From Octopus vulgaris (taxonomy: Eukaryota), in the NCBI GenBank assembly GCA_951406725.2, contig OX597815.1:19530001-19594000 (forward strand): 64,000 nucleotides of DNA, read 5' to 3'. Shown here piece after piece: positions 13,607 through 28,035 of the stretch (position 1 is its first letter; each line of letters starts with the position of its first letter). The translations under genes were made by a program, and so were the position numbers. The notes under the pieces were generated by a model. It was not told the origin of the DNA and searched no databases. It saw nothing but the letters and a program-made list of their open reading frames with translations.

Positions 13607-14500
13607 GTATATTTTCAACAGTAAGAAAACCAAACAAGGAGAAACGACAGCATACGCTTTCGGAAAAAAATAATATGATGGTTCAATAATATACGTAGAT
13701 TATGTCTTTGATTTTATTCTTTACCTAAGTCTTTTTGCTTACGTTAAGTTTATTACAAGGGCTGTAACACTCTGAAACTTTATCGCTTCACACATCAGTT
13801 CTACTTCTGTAGGCTTTTACACCATCTAAGGGGAGATTGTTTCAAACGAAACAGACTCTCAAACGAAATTATATATTTCACGGTTCCTCAACGTGCATTG
13901 TTAGTACAAATAGATACACATGTACATACGTACATACATATATATGTAGAAGTCAGACGACACACAGACAGACCGACAGTCAAACAGGCGGACGGACGGA
14001 CGGGCGGTAGGACTGAGAGACATACACACTCATACATACAAATACTTACATAGATGCATGCACACATACATACATACATGCATACATACACACATACATA
14101 ATACATACATACATACATACACACATACATACATACATACATACATACATACATACATACATACATACATGCATATATATGTAATGAACTCATGTACATA
14201 TACATACATGTATATATATATGTAATGCACTCATGTACGTCTAGTTAGTTTCACAATTTGTATCTACCCTCATATCAAAATTGTCTTCTCTTTTCTTCGG
14301 TTTCGTTATTTCCATAATGCAATACTGTCACAAATTAATATACATTTGATTGTTTCTTTATAAGAAAAATATCCGTCTCCATAAAATATTTCCTACGCAC
14401 CAACGCTACAGCGAGAACATTTCCAAGTCTTTTAAAAAGAGCTTCATAATTTAGTCTTTTCGACTCCAAGTGTCTGACAATGAAGGAAAGTGTAATTCGC

Positions 14501-14564
14501 TGACGTCAAAATATCATTTGCCATTCACTGACGTCAAACTATCGCCTGTTGTTTACAGACGTCA
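14501..14564. promoter_or_regulatory. Three CRE/ATF-like sites at a 28-bp period
   Basis: TGACGTCA at 14501 and 14529, AGACGTCA at 14557. Confidence 0.4.
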
Positions 14565-15394
14565 AATAAAAGAATCGATAGATTTGGTTGGACGTATTTT
14601 TTTCTACACCAGAAAGAAACAGTGTATATTTTTCTGTTTACCACTAAATACATCAATGAGAAGACGCGACATTGATTTCACTTTGAAGAATAATCGGCAT
14701 GAAAATTATGAGAAAATATCCTTGCAGAAAAGAAATTCTGATAAAAAAGAAATATTACTTTCCCTATTCTTCCATAAATGATATTTCCTATTCGGGTGTT
14801 TTAATGATAAATGGAGGCTTGGTAAACTTATTATGAAGACAATTGAACAGCAACTTACAAATTGGAACAATTATGAACGCTTCAACTTCTTTGATTTACT
14901 ATCTTTCTTTGCACGCGGTGCTTCATATATTTGACATTATCTGGCATTGCTTTTCTTTTCTGGTGGTGTTTTCCACTAACAAACAATTTAGTTTCAATGT
15001 TTCAAGTATTTGCTGTTATTGATTAGTCCCAAATCAAGCTTAATTCAGCAAACAGCCGACCAATGGTGTTCCATCCGCGACCGTTCCATCTTTTTTAGGT
15101 TTTCTCGAACTAAATTTTTCAACGGGTCTTTCCTTATTATTTTTAAGATGGTCGGATATGGTTACATTAGCTTGCTCATTCAACCTTTTTAGAGGTTACG
15201 TATTTGTATCATTTGAAAACTACAAAAAAGCAAATGGAATTCAGTGAACGATAAACGGTTAGGTACAATTTTCATATATATTCATGTATTGATATATTTG
15301 TAATAAATACATCGATCCTTCTCTGTCAGCTATCAGCTTCAAACAGTAATCTAAACACTTTCGTATGTTTCATTTGTAAAAAAAATAACGAACA

Positions 15395-15563
15395 GGCGCA
15401 GGAGTGGCTGTGTGGTAAGTAGCTTGCTTACCAACCACATGGTTGCGGGTTCAGTCCCACTGCGTGGCATCTTGGGCAAGTGTCTTCTGCTATAGCCCCG
15501 GGCCGACCAATGTCTTGTGAGTGGATTTGGTAGACGGAAACTGAAAGAAGCCGGTCGTATATA

Positions 15564-15618
<55 letters not shown>

Positions 15619-15820
15619 TTGTCCCCCTAGCATTGCTTGACAACCGATGCTGGTGAGTTTACGTCCCCGTCACTTAGCGGTTCGGCAAAAGAGACCGATA
15701 GAATAAGTACTGGGCTTACAAAGAATGAGTCCCGGGGTCGATTTGCTCGACTAAAGGTGGTGCTCCAGCATGGCCGCAGTCAAATGACTGAAACAAGTAA
15801 AAGATTAAAAGAGTAAAGAG
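15395..15820 (+). mobile_element. SINE family A, full length
   Basis: A-box-like TGGCTGTGTGG, B-box-like GGTTCAGTCCC, CTTGGGCAAGT block, internal (TA)n, tail of AAAAGAGT-type repeats; near-identical to 27637-28035. Confidence 0.92.
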
Positions 15821-16919
15821 AATGTGAAATTTCTGAAGCAATTTAGATTTATATAATAATCGATAAGTATGTGTTTACCACATACAATGAGTTTGTATAC
15901 AATACTACCCAAGGTGTACCGAAAGACAATGCTGTCGCAGCTTAGAATGCCTTTATCATAAGTTTATTCAATTAAGACAGTTGTGGAGTTAAAGAGCCAC
16001 GATATTCTATATGAGATCGAATGAACTTCCAAAATACTGGTAATAATTCATTAGCAATTCAAGTTTTAAAAAAAGATGAGGCTCAAATGACGACGGTCAA
16101 TGCGGCAGTGTTTTTAGTCAAAAGGTTTAATATTCAATGAATATAAACATCAACCGTGCAATGGTTTGTGAAAAAGACAACGCAATGCTATAGATCGTTG
16201 CTCTGCGGGGCTGATTTCAAACAATATTCCAGAAAATACAATCTCCTTGTCATGTGGAAACCCTTCTCACATCCTCTTCGTGCTATGGAATTCGGAGTTC
16301 AGTTGATTGTCCCCCACTTTAAACTTTTGCGGAACAGAGCTTTTGTGGAAGATCAACTTATTAAAAGTATTAGCAAAATCTCTGTCATGTCTTATAGTTG
16401 TGAAAATAGAAATAACACTAAGATGTAACCATAATTAGCTTTAAAAACATTATAAGTTTCCACAATCTGAATAACATTGAGTTGAATAACAACGTTTTTG
16501 TGATATAGATAAGGAAACAAGGTAAAACTTGAACAGCCCATAGTCGCAAAGGCACTAAATGGAGATTTCTGTTTGTATAGTTATACAAAACAACAAATGT
16601 ACGAAACGTGAATCTATCTCCAACAATATTCTATTGTAAGTTAATTTGAATGAATAACACGATTGATATTTTCAAGCGAGGCCAACTGAAGCAAGAAAAG
16701 ATAAGTGTCTTCAATATGAACAACAAGGCGACGCATGCGCTCGAGTATTTAACCATACATTCAATGCATCAGGATGCATAATCTACAGTTTATTGCAGCT
16801 GCACGTTTATCAAATCCTACCGAAATATGTTAGTATCTGCGTGCGTCTTGTGTTTACATTTGTGTGTTTGCTTCTACGCATGGCGAATTTATATAAGCAA
16901 AGTATAACGTATATGACCG

Positions 16920-16968
16920 TGAGTGTGTGTATGCCTGTGTGTGCGTGTGCATGTGTCTGTGTGTGTGC

Positions 16969-17027
<59 letters not shown>

Positions 17028-17061
17028 CATACATGTATATATATGTGTATATGTATATATG

Positions 17062-17118
<57 letters not shown>

Positions 17119-17280
17119 AGATGTATTTTTGCATTACGTATATACATACGAAGACACCGTAGCTATGCACATGCTTACGCCTTCATATATATATATATAT
17201 GGGAGGATGTGTGTGTGGATGGATGGATGGATGGAAGGATGGATGGATGGATGGATGGATGTATACATATAATTATATGA
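16920..17280. repeat. (TG)n/(TA)n/(GGAT)n microsatellite field
   Basis: Directly visible. Confidence 0.95.
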
Positions 17281-18862
17281 ATGTGTGTATCTGAATGGGC
17301 ATGTAGATAAATCTATGTATATAGATACATGTTGATACGTGTGCATGTATTCAACGTGTGCTGCGTGTGTATTCGTAAACAGATGCAGTTGTATAAAAAA
17401 AAATGCGTATAAAACATTATACATTCCGTGCCTAATTAGACAAAACGAAATAAATAAAAGTTAAACAATTGCATTAGTTGATAAAACATTGAAGACGCGC
17501 TTTAATTGCTTAAAAAAGAAACTGTAAAAAGAGGAAATTCAAGCAAATAACAACATACTGTATACAAAGAGACAAATCTCCAGCATGAAGCAATCAAGGA
17601 TTCACTTAAAATTCTCTTGCAGAATTGTTCGACAAATAAATTTCTTCACGTTAGAAAACATCCATAAATAAAGTAAACTCGAAATAAAATAACATATAAC
17701 ATAATCTCCCTCTCTCTCTCTCGCTCCCTCCCCTTCTTTTCCCCTCTTCCTTTGTTTCATCCTTTCTCTCCCACTCCCTCCCATTCTTTTCCCCTCTGCT
17801 TCTCCCCTCCCTCTCTCTATCTCTCTCTCTGTGTTTCGCTCTTTCAACCTTTCTGAAAGCGATTTCAAGCTGATATTATGTTTGTTTATGTTTGTATGGA
17901 TTATTTGGCAAACAATTATATACACCAGTGTAGAATATCTTATTGCATATGCTCCTAATTATTGCTCGTGGCCTTCTGTGCGCTGCTTGTGAAGAAAACA
18001 CACACACACACGCACAAATATAATACTGTGTTTGTGTGTGATTCGTTCAAACAATTGAATTCATGAAATTCAGGCTTACGATTCAGGAACCTTTTACTTA
18101 TATATATATACACAGACATATAATCTATGTTTCTTAAATGTCACTGAGAATGTATATACATGTGTGTATATAAGAATATAAATTAATATAAATGAATACG
18201 AGTGGTTCATGAGAATTTAATATGCCTGCTAAATAATAGAATGTACCTCTATATTCCATTATTCTCCCGCAGCCTTCCCAATACACACAATAGCATTTAA
18301 TATATATATGTAAGAATATACTTCCTAAACACACTGGAAGTTACAAGTACAAAGGGAATATTTGTTTCGGTCTTCATCAGGGAGAAATTCTAATCGTATA
18401 TTAATTCTTGTGTCGTTCCATATTGTTGACAGTGGAATTTTGGAATTGTTCTCTTAAGGTTTCCTGACCTTCATAATATGTATGCATAATTGTGTGGAAA
18501 TGGAAATACAATACGAATAGAAGTTGTATTCCGTCAAGTCAAAGACACGCTGCATCGTAAACATACTCGGTATGCACTATATTCAATGTCTTGTAATACT
18601 AGCATTTGTATCTCCTGGTGTATAAATGAAAATATATTATCACATGTATATCATGTTATTGCATTACTACTGCTCTGTTATGTTACAACAGGCATTATCC
18701 TGCTCCTATAACAAGCGTGTGTGTAAGAGAAAGAAAGAGAGAAAGAGAGAGAGCGCTCGCGCGCGCACGTGTATTTTTGTGTGTCTGATTGTGCGTATAT
18801 GTGTGTACATGTGTACAGAGAGATAGATCTATAGATAAATAATACACACACTCTCCCTCTCT

Positions 18863-18935
<73 letters not shown>

Positions 18936-18965
18936 TATGGATGTTTATGTATGTATATGTATGTG

Positions 18966-18999
<34 letters not shown>

Positions 19000-19058
19000 C
19001 CTATACAAATAAATAGTAAATAAATAAATGTGTATACACACACTCACACACACATATG

Positions 19059-19105
<47 letters not shown>

Positions 19106-19635
19106 ACATACATATATATATATATACACAAGCAAAATTTAGAGGAATTAGCACGAAAGCGGACACCTAATATGCTAAACATATACGTCAAATCGCCATT
19201 ACCACGAAGAGTGTGTTCTCAAGAAAAATCTCAGCAAAACGCCAAAATGTAAAAATGAGCAAGACAAATGGAAATATACGAAATAAAAAACGATTAGCTA
19301 CGTACCATTAGTTTCGCTTGTTAATATTTACGTATGTAAACACGCAAGTATCTGCAAGATCGTCAGCGTAGTCTGTCGCTTACAAAACACAATTTCCAGA
19401 ACTAGATACAGAAACGCTCAACCGAAATAGATCATATATAAAGTTCTACATATTATATTTGGGTGTGCTTTTCAAATATCTTTGACGCGCTGAGGCCGAA
19501 ATAACTGTGCAGTTAATAAATTTCAGCAGCTAATTTACCGGTCAGAGAACATTTTTATTTGACGATATGTTTAGTATATGATAGCACATTATCTCCCCAA
19601 AATAACCCTAAAGTGACTTATCATCATCATCATCA

Positions 19636-19708
<73 letters not shown>

Positions 19709-19712
19709 CATT

Positions 19713-19836
19713 CAGTAGTTTTATTTTTATAGCGTGCTTTCACTTCACTACCGAGCGCAGCTCTGTGTGCCTTAGGTATGTGCTGTGATTTGTTGTGATG
19801 CTCTGATGGTTATTGTATGGAAAGTGTTCTGCGTAA
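19713..19836 (-). mobile_element. 3' terminal fragment of an R4/Dong-type non-LTR retrotransposon inside (TAA)n
   Basis: Minus strand encodes LRRTLSIQ-stop (resembles the GTAxILRxxL C-terminus of R4/Dong-type ORFs), about 95 nt of UTR with AATAAA, then (AAT)n; (TTA)n on both sides. Confidence 0.6.
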
Positions 19837-19970
<134 letters not shown>

Positions 19971-20365
19971 TGAGTGAGAGAGCAGTGTATGCTATCAAAG
20001 TATCACTGGGGTAAAAATATACGAAGCCCAGTATACCCATCATGACTACCCGTCTGATAAGAGTGCACCAGGCACATAAACCACAACTATATGTGCACGA
20101 CATGTTGATCTCATATCAAGATGATCAGCGCGTGATCTTCTAGGTGGGGACCCAGTCAGAAATTTCTTCATGTTTAATAGCCCATCCCGCTCAAAAGATC
20201 CCTGGTTAAGATTTGTTTAAGGAGGTCAAGCAATCTGTGTATTGAGCCTGAATATTTGCTGTAGCCCATCTCTTATACCAAGAAGAAAAAAAATGTACAT
20301 GATAACACTTCCGATCACTTAACATCAAAAACCATGTGAGCCAATGCCTGGTGCTGCATCAGGGC
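19971..20365 (-). mobile_element. Non-coding (TAA)n-associated retroelement (family E)
   Basis: Boundary TGAGTGAGAGAGCAG next to (TTA)n; shares ATACCCATCATGACTACCCGTCTGATAAG and TAGCCCATCCCGCTCAAAA with 35412-35804; orientation inferred from the (TAA)n tail. Confidence 0.75.
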
Positions 20366-20379
20366 GGTTTGCTGTTTCT

Positions 20380-20466
20380 GCTTTTGATGCTGCTGATGCT
20401 GCTGATGTTATTGTTGTTGTTGTCGTCGTCGTCTCGTCGTCGTTGTTGTTGTTGTTGTTGTTGTCG

Positions 20467-20498
<32 letters not shown>

Positions 20499-20502
20499 GT
20501 CG

Positions 20503-20546
<44 letters not shown>

Positions 20547-20847
20547 ACAAAGCAGAATAATGAAGAGGATAATTTTCCTGTTTTCTGGTTTCGGTTTCAC
20601 AATATCCTCTTTTTTTTTTTTTTCAATCCTTGAGCAAAATATTTAGTTTCCCTTAATTAAAGAAAAAAAAAAACATATTTCTTTTTTTTTATTAATTTAT
20701 TTTTATTTTAGTCTTTTGCTTGTGTATAATTTTTTTATTATAATCCCAACCAATACCACCTCCACCAACACCAATTCACCATTTTCTTCTTTTTTTCTTA
20801 GTTTTCATTTTCTATTCTCCTACCTCCTTCATAGAACTCAACTTCAT

Positions 20848-20938
<91 letters not shown>

Positions 20939-20960
20939 TACTACTACTACTACTACTACT
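20380..20960. repeat. Trinucleotide tracts (GTT/GTC)n and (CTA/TTA)n
   Basis: Directly visible at 20380-20545 and 20849-20960. Confidence 0.9.
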
Positions 20961-21044
20961 ACAAGTGATACTACGTTTAGAAGCATTACTACTGTTAATA
21001 GTAACACGAATAACAACAACAACAAAACAGCAATAATAATAATA

Positions 21045-21428
21045 ATCTTTTCTACTCTTAGCACAAGAGCCGAAATTTTGTGGGGAGGGGGCCAGTCGAT
21101 TAGATCTATCCCAGTACGCAACTGGTTCTTAATTTATCAACCCCGAAAGGATGAAAGGCAGAGTCGACCTCGACTGAATTTGAACTCAGAAGGTAAAGGC
21201 AGACGAAATACCTATTTCTTTACTACCCACAAGGGGCTAAACACAGAAAGGACAAACAAGGACAGACAAACGGATTAAGTCGATTATATCGACCCAGTGC
21301 TTAATTGGTACTTCATTTATCGACACTGAAAGGATGAAAGGCGAAGTCGACCTCGGTGGAATTTGAACACAAAATGTAACGGCGTTCGAAATACGGCTGC
21401 GCATTTCGTCCGGCGTAAGCTCGCCGCC
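21045..21428 (-). mobile_element. SINE B dimer: younger copy (21212-21428) joined to an older alternative-tail copy (21045-21211)
   Basis: Two GAAAGGATGAAAGGC blocks; junction GACGAAATAC|CTATTTCTTTAC. Confidence 0.85.
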
Positions 21429-22346
21429 TTACAACAAGAATAATAATAATAATAGAAGAAGAAAAAGAAGAAGAAGAAGGAGGAGGAGGAGGACCAAATC
21501 TTATAATTTGCGGAAAGAGACTCTGTGAGACCTCTGACAACAGGTTGCTGTCCACTTTCAGAGAATCAGCCAGAGCAGAGCAAGTAGGGCCCGAGAGCTC
21601 TGAGAAGTAAAATGATATAATTCAAAAAGTAATGTCACCAATAGTACTGATGTTTCAACGTAAGCACGCCACAATTCGCTCCTCATAAAAATAATTTCAA
21701 CAGCAACAAAAGCAAAACAATGCAGTGATATAATATCGACTTTATCGACCATTAAAATTAGTTCGACTTGAACTCTTCAACCAATCGCTGCCCTAATACT
21801 ATACTTTATAAAACACTGATGGAAATAAGAAAATGTTCACTGTTGCTAGTTTAAAACAAATCTATTGCGGAGTTGGGGTGAAAAGAGAAATGGTTGAAAG
21901 CAGACGACATGTAATGAGCATTGTATTGAAGATTTGTAAAGAATTGTGGTATTTTACCAGGGGTAAATCAATTATTCGAGACAGGAGCATTATCGATCTT
22001 TTGTTTTAAGGAATGGTCGGTAAAGATTTATGAGGTGACTAAGTACAAATAAATGTGTTCAGTTCCAAGACGAAACAGAAGTGTCTTCATGTTTTGTAAT
22101 GGTGTTTGCTCAATAATGCTTCCATTTTATTTCAAGCAACAACGATTTTGAAGAGTTTCAACCAACTACCTATTCCACCTGTCAAATACTTACTTTGTGT
22201 GTGTGTGTGTTAATGTGCGTGTGCGCGCGCGTGGGCACGCAAGCGTCTGTGTGTGGTATGTACTTGAGTGTGTGTACTACACAAAATCCTTATATCAAAA
22301 CTGAAACATAAACTGTGGGAGAGTTACATATATATATATAATATAT

Positions 22347-22423
<77 letters not shown>

Positions 22424-22425
<2 letters not shown>

Positions 22426-22626
22426 CCGCGTGCGTACCGTTGGCAATTCTTTTTCCTCCATCTTCCCTTCTTTGGATCTTTCATTTTCCTATGTTTCTGA
22501 CGAAGAGCTCCGCTCAAAACTTTAAATCCTCCTTCTTGCCTTCTTTCCTGAGCGTCCAATAACACTATACTTGTTCCACGTCCTCGCGTTGTTGTGTTTT
22601 CTCTTTGTGTTTTCATGTTTGGATTA

Positions 22627-22630
<4 letters not shown>
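22424..22630 (+). mobile_element. Short microsatellite-embedded element with decayed hammerhead motif
   Basis: 22493-22520 GTTT-CTGACGA-A-GAGC-tcc-GCTC-AAAAC (G12 changed to A); flanked by (TG)n and (TA)n; homologous to 9386-9590. Confidence 0.65.
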
Positions 22631-22689
<59 letters not shown>

Positions 22690-23029
22690 ATATTATTATC
22701 ATAGATTTTTTATATATTTGTTATATTTGCAACACTACGAACGATTTTGTAGATTTTCAAAATATTAAGATAATTATACTCATTGATGTCACATTAAAAT
22801 TTCATTAACAGCGTTGTAAATTCCCTGTATAGTTTTGTAAACTAAAATCGTAATTGCTATAATCTGTGCGCATGAATTTGTGAAGAGGTTATTCCTGTTT
22901 CAACGGATATAACATATCACTCAGTCCAAAAGAACAGTGGAAAATAAAGGTCTTCGCTGCTACCTCTTGAATCAGAAAACATTACCAAATTGAATCCAAG
23001 TTATTTTTGCATCTTTCCGTGAATATTGA

Positions 23030-23687
23030 CTCCAAATTTTGGCACAAAGCCAGCAACTTCGAGGTGCTAAGTAAATCGTTTATATCAACCCCAATGCTCA
23101 ACAGGCAACTTTTTTAATCGACCGTGAAAGGACGAACAGGAAAGTTGACCGCGGTGGAATTTGTACTCAGATCGTGAAGACGGACGAAATACATATTTCT
23201 TTACTACCCACAAGGGGCTAAACACAGAGGGGACAAACAAGGACAGATAAACGGATTAAGTCGATTATATCGACCCCAGTGCGTAACTGGTACTTATTTA
23301 ATCGACCCCGAAAGGATGAAAGGCAGAGTCGACCTCGGCGGAATTTGAACTCAGAACGTAGCGGCAGACGAAATACCGCTAAGCATTTCCTCCGGCGTGC
23401 TAACGTTTCTGCCAGCTCGCCACCTTTATTTTTTTTTAGCGGGTGCTTTATATACCTATTTCTTTACTACCCACAAGAGGCTAAACACAGAGGGGACAAA
23501 CAAGGACAGACATACGGATTAAGTCGATTACATCGACCCCAGTGCGTAACTGGTACTTAATTTATCGACCCCGAAAGGATGAAAGGCAAAGTTGACCTCG
23601 GCAGAATTTGAACTCAGAACGTAAAGGTAGACGAAATACGAATACGCATTTCGCCCGGCATGCTAACGTCTCTGCCAGCTCGCCGCC
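23030..23687 (-). mobile_element. Three SINE B copies (old 23030-23192, young 23193-23424 and 23452-23687)
   Basis: Repeated TATTTCTTTACTACCCACAAG..CTGCCAGCTCGCC; same dimer junction as at 21211. Confidence 0.9.
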
Positions 23688-24942
23688 TATTATTTCTTTG
23701 AATACTACAAGAGGAAATGCACTCTAAACGACGAGAGGATGACAATGTATATAACCACGGTGAAGAAGACGACCACAACAGCGACGATGATTATCATTAT
23801 TAAGATCATTTAAAATGCAGTGAGCTGGTAGAATTGTTAGCGTGTTGGATAAAAATTGTTAGCGGCCTTTCTTCCGGCTGTTTACGTCCTGAGCCCTTTT
23901 ACCACCGAGGTCAACTGTGCTTTTTAAATTTTCCAAATTAATAAGGCAATGAGGCAGTCAAGTACCGGGTTAGATTTCATCGACTTGCTCTCATCCTAAA
24001 ATTGCTGGCCTTGTGCCAGAATTTGAAACAATTATTGTATCTTCTTCCTCCGTCTCCTCTGCGATGACGGTGCGGAAACAAAGAAGGAGAAAGAACTGTA
24101 ATAGGAAGATAAGCGTAAAATTTATTTGAACAAAAATTCTATTGTTCTGCTTAGCAGCAAAGAATTACTGCCAGGTGAAGAGCTTCTTCCGATGCCGCTA
24201 TCCTTTCAGCACTAATTTGAACCAGACAAGAGAACATCATTTCTGTTGTTTCTTTCTCATAAAGATCAATCAAAACACTATTATAGAAAGTCGGCTATAA
24301 AACTGTTGAAAAAAATACAAAACATTACAGAAACGACGTCTGAGATTTTTTTTTTTAATACGTCCATTAAAATTATGTTTAACAAATAATTTGTGAGAAG
24401 CAACATAGCCGATATCTAAATCAAATATCCAGAATTGTTCCTCCTTTGCAACTACTTCACACAGCCACACATTAAATTAAATAAGATAGGATACACCCTC
24501 TAGGATACGCCTTCAAGTAGATTCATAACTATTTTCCTATAGATGCACATTATGGCTTTCTTTGAATTATTATCTAGTCGATATAGTTTTGTTGAATATA
24601 TATATATAAGTCAGTAAATGGTGGGGTTGTGTTATATATATATATATATGCTCTAATTTCGTTGTTTTGTAGTGATTTAAAAGTCGCCCTTGTTCTATTC
24701 TTTTATCACTCATTACACCTCACCCTGCGTTCCTATACCTGCAGTCGTTATATTACACATAATATGTTGCTTGCGCATCGTTCCTTGTGCAATATCAAAT
24801 CTACTCGTTATTTGCTTGAGTCAAGTAAAGAAGCAGTGGTCTTTCTGAATGTGTTCTTTGTAGGTAAGCGTGCAAATGTAGTGCTTTTCGTGTATAGATT
24901 CGATACCTGAATAACAGACACACTTATAACGTACGTATTCTA

Positions 24943-25026
<84 letters not shown>

Positions 25027-26320
25027 GTGTGCGTGTAAAGGATAGAAGGAGTCTTCGTCAGGCTGACTAAAACTTATAGGTATGCCTTCCGAGTGCTTAA
25101 ATAGGCGTGCCTATTCAGTTTGAACAGCAGTCGAAGTCGAAGTTGTGATTAAGTGATTGCCTTGTTCAAAACGGCTAGGAGTGGCTTCCCCTTGAGTCAG
25201 TAGGAATGCGTTAAAGTAGTGACGAAAGATAAACAATTAGGCAAGACTTGACAAGGACATTTAATTTTATTATGTATGTACGTATGTATGTTTGTATGTA
25301 TATGCGTGTGTTTATGAGAGAGACACACAACCACGCACGCACACGCCTACACACGTAAAAACACACATATACGTATATATATATGCATTCGTACGTACAT
25401 ATTAGTTCACTTTCACAGCATTAAAGTAGAACCATTGTTGTCACAAGTGTAAAATCGGTAACGGTTAATGTTACATTATAAAATTGTTGAAGGAGTGAGC
25501 TTATTAATTTCTAAGTGTCGTGGGCTGAATACAGAAAGAAAAATAAAAACGATCTCAGGTGTACAGTTCACATAAATTAATGACTGCGTTATCTTTGGGC
25601 TTCATTATCTACGGTAAAAGATAAAAATATTTTTTCGCTTTTGGCGAGCGCCATTGAAATTCAATGGATTGTTAATTTTCAATTCTGTTATATTTAAGTA
25701 TATAGTTTATATTTCATTTTAAAATTTTGTTTAAGAACAAGAGTTTATATTGTTTTGGTGGAGTTTTTTGTAGCTCATTCAGAGGAAGAAGACCAGTACC
25801 TATGACCTTTATGGAGATGTTTAGACCAGCGGTAGAAAATAACTTTATTGTGCACTAAAGACACCCTGGTTGAAGGCGGTAGCGTTATATGGGGAAGTGG
25901 ATTTAAATTTTGTAAGACAAATTTAGTTCTGTGCTTCGAAGTTTGTGGCAACTTGCACCAAATCTTCTGCATAAATAACTATTATCCACATTGGAATACA
26001 ACTGAAATTGTGCAGAGGCTAAGGGTATAATTGTTTCAACTGAATTTAGAATATGACAACTGAATATAGTAGATGATAGAAGAACGTCTAAAGCATTCCG
26101 ATGAATTTTGAAATCAAAACTTGATGGACACTAAGTTGCAAAAAGAGCACAAATGCAAGATGGCAGTTGTTAGCGGCTACCAAAAGAGAAGTGAGATAGT
26201 TTAAAGAATGTAGGAAGTGATTCTTCAAAGTTAATTAACAGATTTAAAGGAATATATGTATATATATATATATGTATATATATATGCGTATATATATATG
26301 TATATATATATATATATGCG

Positions 26321-26409
<89 letters not shown>

Positions 26410-26457
26410 ATGTTTGTATATATATATGTGTGCGTGTGTGTGTGTGTGTATGTGTTC

Positions 26458-26499
<42 letters not shown>

Positions 26500-26960
26500 G
26501 AACACATACAGACAAATAACTTACACAATGCTTTTGCATACAAACGTGTGTGTGTGTGCGTGTGTTTGCGTGCGCGCGTACGTATACATACATTCATTTA
26601 TGCATACGTACGTAAATATACATACGTACGTACATCAAAATAAAATAAAAAAACATGTACGTAGGTATGATATATATGGGTGCATGTGTACTTATAGATA
26701 GATTGATAAAGTGTCAGACATTCTGACAGACGGACATACATACATACATACAGACAGACAGACAGACAGACAACAGATCGATAGATTATGATCAGATGAT
26801 TCCAGTAATCCGCATCCGATGCTGCAAACGGTGCAGGGATACTTGAGTTTATAGTATTCTTACCATAAGCATGAACTTATGAATCTCGTCTTCTATCAAC
26901 AGGCCTGAGTCGTAACATCTGGCAACATCTGGACATAGTGTGCATACATATATATATATG

Positions 26961-27027
<67 letters not shown>

Positions 27028-27131
27028 AATGAGAGAATGGAGTCGAACGACGATTTTAACAAAAATCCTTTATTCTCGACATATGTTTCGAAGACTACAT
27101 ATTCTCAATTCCGAAGGAATAAAGGGTGCAT

Positions 27132-27246
<115 letters not shown>

Positions 27247-27252
27247 GTATTC

Positions 27253-27407
27253 GAGCGATGATCAAAGCAATTTAGCAGTAGAGTCTGACAGTGATGGCTG
27301 ACAGAAAGAATGATAGCTAACAGTGTCTATAATTAACTGCTTTAAGCCGGTTAATAGGGACATATCAAAATATCAGCCATTATGGACAGTTGGCCAACTC
27401 GTTGTCA
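27253..27407. repeat. Left arm of a 155-bp long-range inverted repeat
   Basis: Reverse complement of 30988-31142 with 6 mismatches and no gaps. Confidence 0.95.
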
Positions 27408-27636
27408 ATATAGAAGTGACGGAATGAATGACAGAAAAGGCAATGAGGTGGAGGAATAGAAGGCAGGATCGTAACAGGGGAATGATGTTGGTGGTTAATG
27501 ACTTTTTATAAGCGCTATAATGATTTACCTATCACGCATGTGAACACGCATTCACAGTCACAAACACACATACACAGAAACACATAAACACATGCACACG
27601 TATACACGCACACACACGCGCACACACACATACATA

Positions 27637-28035
27637 GGCGCAGGAGTGGCTGTGTGGTAAGTAGCTTGCTTACTAACCACATGGTTCCGGATTCAGTCCC
27701 ACTGCGTGGCACCTTGGGCAAGTGTCTTCTGCTATAGCCTCGGGCCGACCAAAGCCTTGTGAGTGGATTTGGTAGACGGAAACTGAAAGAAGCCCGTCGT
27801 ATATATGTATATATATATATGTGTGTGTGTTTGTGTGTCTGTGTTTGTCCCCCTAGCATTGCTTGACGACCGATGCTGGTGTGTTTATGTCTCCGTCACT
27901 TAGTGGTTCGGCAAAAGTGACCGATAGAATAAGTACTAGGCTTACAAAGTCCCGGGGTCGAGTTGCTCGACTAAAGGCGGTGCTCCAGCATGGCCGCAGT
28001 CAAATGACTGAAACAAGTAAAAGAGTAAAAGAGTA
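27637..28035 (+). mobile_element. SINE family A, full length
   Basis: GGCGCAGGAGTGGCTGTGTGG..CAAATGACTGAAACAAGTAAAAGAG. Confidence 0.92.

Noticed and set aside
14501-14564. CRISPR-like repeat-spacer pattern
   Set aside because: Repeat only about 10 bp, spacers related to each other, eukaryotic context and no cas genes.
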